Origin: a virus
Lineage: Duplodnaviria > Caudoviricetes
IMG/VR virus record: IMGVR_UViG_3300025096_000089
Coordinates: 1-28,497 of that record
DNA length: 28,497 bases
Reading direction: 5' to 3' (one strand)
Positions within the stretch are counted from its first letter, which is position 1, and each line of letters starts with the position of its first letter. Below the pieces are notes generated by a model that did no database searches, was not told the origin of the DNA, and was given only the letters and a program-made list of their open reading frames with translations. Made by a program: the position numbers and the translations under genes. Positions 25,695 to 28,497 of this stretch are shown here, one piece after another.

Positions 25695-26392
25695 TAGTGG
25701 ATTAAGAACTCCTCTCGGTCGGTGTAGTAGACGCCCACTCCCTCAAAGTTAGTTGCGTCTATTATAAGTAGGTTCTTGCGCATATAAGGATAGCCATAAT
25801 GGCCAAAGATATACATATCTTCTTCTATGGGGCAATACTCTTCAAGCCGGTCTTTCCACCAAGGGAAGCCAGGACCCGACAGTATCTTATCTCTGTTATG
25901 TTTGTTTACTTCCTTGTAGAACAGGCCGTGGCCTAAGTTAAATCTCTTAGATTTTGATTCTATAGTTACAGTAAGAGGACAACGAGCTAGCCACGATATG
26001 ATATCTAGTCTCTCGTCAAAATCTAATTCCCTAAGACACTTAAGAGTATACTTGACTTCTCTCTTGAGGATTTGATCTTCTGGAGACACCAAGTTCTCTA
26101 ATATATAGTTTTCGTTATTTCCTAATATGAGCGTTGCTTCGTTACTAACTACTTTATTCTTGATGAATTGAAGCGTACGAACCGGCGAAGTTTTCCTGGT
26201 CCTTTTAAAGAAGAGTTTGTGGTGAATACTATCCCCTATCAAAACAAAATGGTACCCAGGGGACCTTTCGATTACTTTCTCTAAGGTCTCAATTCGGCCA
26301 TGAAGATCACCAATTATACAGTAAGGTTTATTCTTCGGTAATAACAGGTGCCCACCAATGTGGGGCTTCGGTTTTCCAGGTGGCAAAATCAT
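25691..26392 (-). CDS. Calcineurin-like metallophosphoesterase
   Basis: IIGDLHG, LIGD, LGNNE, GHG and FGHY motifs; exact start uncertain. Confidence 0.85.
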   Translation of the reverse strand: MILPPGKPKPHIGGHLLLPKNKPYCIIGDLHGRIETLEKVIERSPGYHFVLIGDSIHHKLFFKRTRKTSPVRTLQFIKNKVVSNEATLILGNNENYILENLVSPEDQILKREVKYTLKCLRELDFDERLDIISWLARCPLTVTIESKSKRFNLGHGLFYKEVNKHNRDKILSGPGFPWWKDRLEEYCPIEEDMYIFGHYGYPYMRKNLLIIDATNFEGVGVYYTDREEFLIHY

Positions 26393-26840
26393 GTTTGTGC
26401 ATACAGTAATATTTACGATAAGCCGCTACCGCATTGCCTTCTATCTTACACTCATCTGGCACAGCCTGGGCAAACTCTGTCATATTATGGGGAAGTTTCT
26501 TAGACAGAGCAATACGTGTCCTGAGCAAAGACTTAAGACTATCTTTGCCTCCATGAGGGTGGCCGAATCTTTTCTCAAACTCTACGCATAACGCCTCGGT
26601 CAAATGGTAGGCAAAGGCCCAATTGCCAAACGACTGGCTCATCCAGATAGTACAAGGATGTTTACGAAACGCTTTAGTCTTGTAAAACTCTCCGTTAGTT
26701 CGTTTTGCAGGATCGAGGTCATTGATCACAGCAACGATGCTCATCATCTGAAGATGCTCAACAATCATTTTGTTGACATGCTTATCGCAGTGATATTCTG
26801 CCGCTTTAACAGGATCTTTGTCTAGTACAAATACATTCAT
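26328..26840 (-). CDS. Pyrimidine-dimer DNA glycosylase (DenV/Pyr_excise)-like protein
   Basis: MNVFVLD.DP..AA..HCDKHV.KM..E..QM, HPCTIW, F.QA.PD, AYR.YY. Confidence 0.8.
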   Translation of the reverse strand: MNVFVLDKDPVKAAEYHCDKHVNKMIVEHLQMMSIVAVINDLDPAKRTNGEFYKTKAFRKHPCTIWMSQSFGNWAFAYHLTEALCVEFEKRFGHPHGGKDSLKSLLRTRIALSKKLPHNMTEFAQAVPDECKIEGNAVAAYRKYYCMHKHDFATWKTEAPHWWAPVITEE

Positions 26841-26866
26841 AGCACTATAACATATACTATATAATC

Positions 26867-27034
26867 TTAATCTAAATCTTGCTCTTTATCAAAGGGCTCG
26901 TTTAATTCCCTTGTCGCCAAACTTAGTATGTAGTATATCACGTATATCGCGCCCACGACACTCATTGCGACCGTTATAATCACGCTCCACACAGGGTCAT
27001 TAGGATTCTCAAGGAGGTGTGGTAATAGGTTCAT
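26867..27034 (-). CDS. Small single-pass membrane protein (55 aa)
   Basis: Below the track cut-off; hand-translated MNLLPHLLENPNDPVWSVIITVAMSVVGAIYVIYYILSLATRELNEPFDKEQDLD. Confidence 0.7.
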   Translation of the reverse strand: MNLLPHLLENPNDPVWSVIITVAMSVVGAIYVIYYILSLATRELNEPFDKEQDLD

Positions 27035-27230
27035 TTCTTCTTTTCCAAAGTTCTAAGAAATAGCGGTCAACTTGATATAAATCTCCGGTCGGAGGTTGTT
27101 CTTCGATTTCAGACCACTCTTGGCAGATACGTCTCATCTCCAAGGGTATACTGTTTGGCGTAAACATTCTAGCGAACGAAGACATGGCAAACGCGTATCT
27201 CATTCTAGTGCGCTGTTCCATTTCCGTCAT
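27009..27230 (-). CDS. Cyanophage hypothetical protein (73 aa; start likely 27230)
   Basis: MTEMEQRTRMRYAFAMSSFARMF...GDLYQVDRYFLELWK; the longer track start overlaps another ORF. Confidence 0.65.
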   Translation of the reverse strand: MTEMEQRTRMRYAFAMSSFARMFTPNSIPLEMRRICQEWSEIEEQPPTGDLYQVDRYFLELWKRRNEPITTPP

Positions 27231-27348
27231 AGTCGTATTCGATCCAGCAATCTTGGTCTTTGATGTATCTCCAGTTAGGTATTGGTTTACCCTGTTCAAC
27301 AACGTAGTACTGGTACAATGCATCATCTATAGTCTGTGCGATCACCAT
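27205..27348 (-). CDS. Cyanophage hypothetical protein (47 aa), possibly chimeric at the C-terminus
   Basis: MVIAQTIDDALYQYYVVEQGKPIPNWRYIKDQDCWIEYDYDGNGTAH. Confidence 0.55.
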   Translation of the reverse strand: MVIAQTIDDALYQYYVVEQGKPIPNWRYIKDQDCWIEYDYDGNGTAH

Positions 27349-27532
27349 ATTCTTCATCCTCTTCGTCAACGTCCTCATATGGGTTTTCCATATAGGGCCC
27401 TCGTTTTCGTAAAGGTTTATTTCTGACATATGTCTTCTCTTTATTTACTGCTACCACCCAAACGGTGAGTTTCATGACTATAAGCAATACGATTAAAGGT
27501 AAGAAGTAGCCTAACAGGATAACAGAGTTCAT
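27323..27532 (-). CDS. Small membrane protein (69 aa)
   Basis: Hydrophobic N-terminus and acidic tail; ATGA-coupled to the gnd remnant. Confidence 0.75.
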   Translation of the reverse strand: MNSVILLGYFLPLIVLLIVMKLTVWVVAVNKEKTYVRNKPLRKRGPYMENPYEDVDEEDEEYGDRTDYR

Positions 27533-27603
27533 CTTACATCGAGCCCTCCGAACTTATACCTCATATCGCTCATGCGCCCAAGGCCAATAATGCTAACTTT
27601 CAT
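27529..27603 (-). pseudogene. gnd: 6-phosphogluconate dehydrogenase remnant (N- and C-termini fused in frame, 24 aa)
   Basis: MKVSIIGLGRM (Rossmann start, cf. MKxGxIGLGRMG) joined to MRYKFGGLDVR* (cf. MRxxFGGH C-terminal motif); RBS GGAG retained. Confidence 0.82.
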
Positions 27604-27627
27604 TTAATAAACTCCGTAACTTTTACC

Positions 27628-27656
27628 ATTATAACAACTTTCCTCTAGTTTTGGAA
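27628..27656 (-). promoter_or_regulatory. Sigma70-type promoter upstream of the gnd remnant
   Basis: TTCCAA, 17-nt spacer, TATAAT with extended -10 (TGTTATAAT). Confidence 0.7.
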
Positions 27657-27691
27657 AAAATGATATGGACTATTCTTCTATATCATCACAA

Positions 27692-28273
27692 TCAACAGTC
27701 GTTAAATACACTACCAACTTGTGAACCCAATTCGGAACCTGCTTTCTGTCCTAGAAGCAGTGCCCAACCACCTGCTAACCAGCCCACGTAGGGGATGTTA
27801 GCGACCGCTGGAACAGCGAGACCAGCAGCAATGCTAGTTCCTGTCATCGCACCTTGTGATCGTGCTCCAGCGTCCGCCGCGATGCACTCTGCGCTTTTTG
27901 CATTCAACTTTCCCTCTTCGTCAGAGACGTTACCTCCCATATTACGTGTGCCGTCCATGGTGTATTGATCATGACGATATTCAGTTCTCTTTTCAGTTCC
28001 TCCACCGAGCCAGCCTTGCTTGGTTGCATCAAGTGTCATGGACCTACTAGACTCTAGAACTTTAGGATCATTAGCACGATACTCAATCTCGTACCCATCC
28101 TTGCCTGCTTTAATTGTATAAGATGAATAGTCACCCTTAGGAATATTAATCATTGGAGCTGATGGCTCAGGGTTTATTAAGTAGCCCAAAATGCCGATGT
28201 GGGCTACGCCAACCAATGTTCCTACTCCTAGCGTAAGCCATTTAAATACAGAAGGCTTATTATTTTCTGACAT
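27692..28273 (-). CDS. Cyanophage membrane-associated protein with a glycine-zipper-like C-terminus
   Basis: 193 aa; N-terminal transmembrane segment, IPYVGWLAGGWALLLGQKAGSELGSQVG; RBS GGAG. Confidence 0.8.
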   Translation of the reverse strand: MSENNKPSVFKWLTLGVGTLVGVAHIGILGYLINPEPSAPMINIPKGDYSSYTIKAGKDGYEIEYRANDPKVLESSRSMTLDATKQGWLGGGTEKRTEYRHDQYTMDGTRNMGGNVSDEEGKLNAKSAECIAADAGARSQGAMTGTSIAAGLAVPAVANIPYVGWLAGGWALLLGQKAGSELGSQVGSVFNDC

Positions 28274-28293
28274 AAGGGTCTTCTCCGTATAAT

Positions 28294-28319
28294 AAAAAAG
28301 ACCCCCATACTAGGGCCTA
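28294..28319 (-). terminator. Probable rho-independent terminator after cp12
   Basis: Minus strand AGGCCCT-AGTATG-GGGGTCT followed by a T tract; includes G-U pairs. Confidence 0.55.
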
Positions 28320-28330
28320 TTATTCATTCT

Positions 28331-28497
28331 TTAATCTTCGTAGATCCGACACTCGTCAGTCTCTGGATTCATCTCGCAATATAACTCTAAAGGAGAAGGA
28401 TCGTTATGGTCCTCTGGATGTTCTTTATGATAGTATTCCAGCTCTTCGAGCTCTCCCTCGATATGACGCCGCTGATTAGGTGAAGTCAGGGGATTGT
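28331..28497 (-). CDS. cp12: CP12 Calvin-cycle inhibitor, 3' part (start beyond the right edge)
   Basis: Hand-translated ...NPLTSPNQRRHIEGELEELEYYHKEHPEDHNDPSPLELYCEMNPETDECRIYED*, with the CP12 LELYCxxNPxxxECRIYED signature. Confidence 0.93.
   Translation of the reverse strand, partial: NPLTSPNQRRHIEGELEELEYYHKEHPEDHNDPSPLELYCEMNPETDECRIYED

Noticed and set aside
26841-26866. Promoter for the DenV-like gene (TGTTATAGT / TATAGT)
   Set aside because: One candidate is only 3 nt from the ATG and the other lacks a -35; not supportable.
280-28050. Short track ORFs antisense to or out of frame within long genes (e.g. 280-471, 1440-1734, 17806-18204, 17916-18140, 19590-20502, 23689-24070, 27856-28050)
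   Set aside because: Shadow ORFs of well-supported genes, with no RBS or recognisable motifs.

Overview
The window is a gene-dense segment of a lytic marine cyanomyovirus, most consistent with the S-TIM5-like (non-T4-like) lineage. Evidence: a mitochondrial Pol-gamma-like family A DNA polymerase, Mu-like head and neck genes (DUF935 portal, I-type protease/scaffold, DUF2190 decoration protein, major capsid, gp36/gp37-like proteins), a contractile tail sheath and tube, and the cyanophage auxiliary gene cp12. Structural genes are scattered over both strands but share a motif, GTTTAAAG, about 20-40 nt upstream of their starts. One copy lies inside the protease gene just ahead of an in-frame ATG that would yield a separate scaffold protein. 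Replication and nucleotide genes instead have near-consensus sigma70 promoters. The right end looks like an eroding carbon-metabolism island: cp12 looks intact over the part seen, while gnd is reduced to a 24-codon N-to-C fusion that keeps its promoter, RBS and translational coupling. Several ORFs missing from the supplied track were translated by hand. All family assignments come from motif recognition, not database searches.
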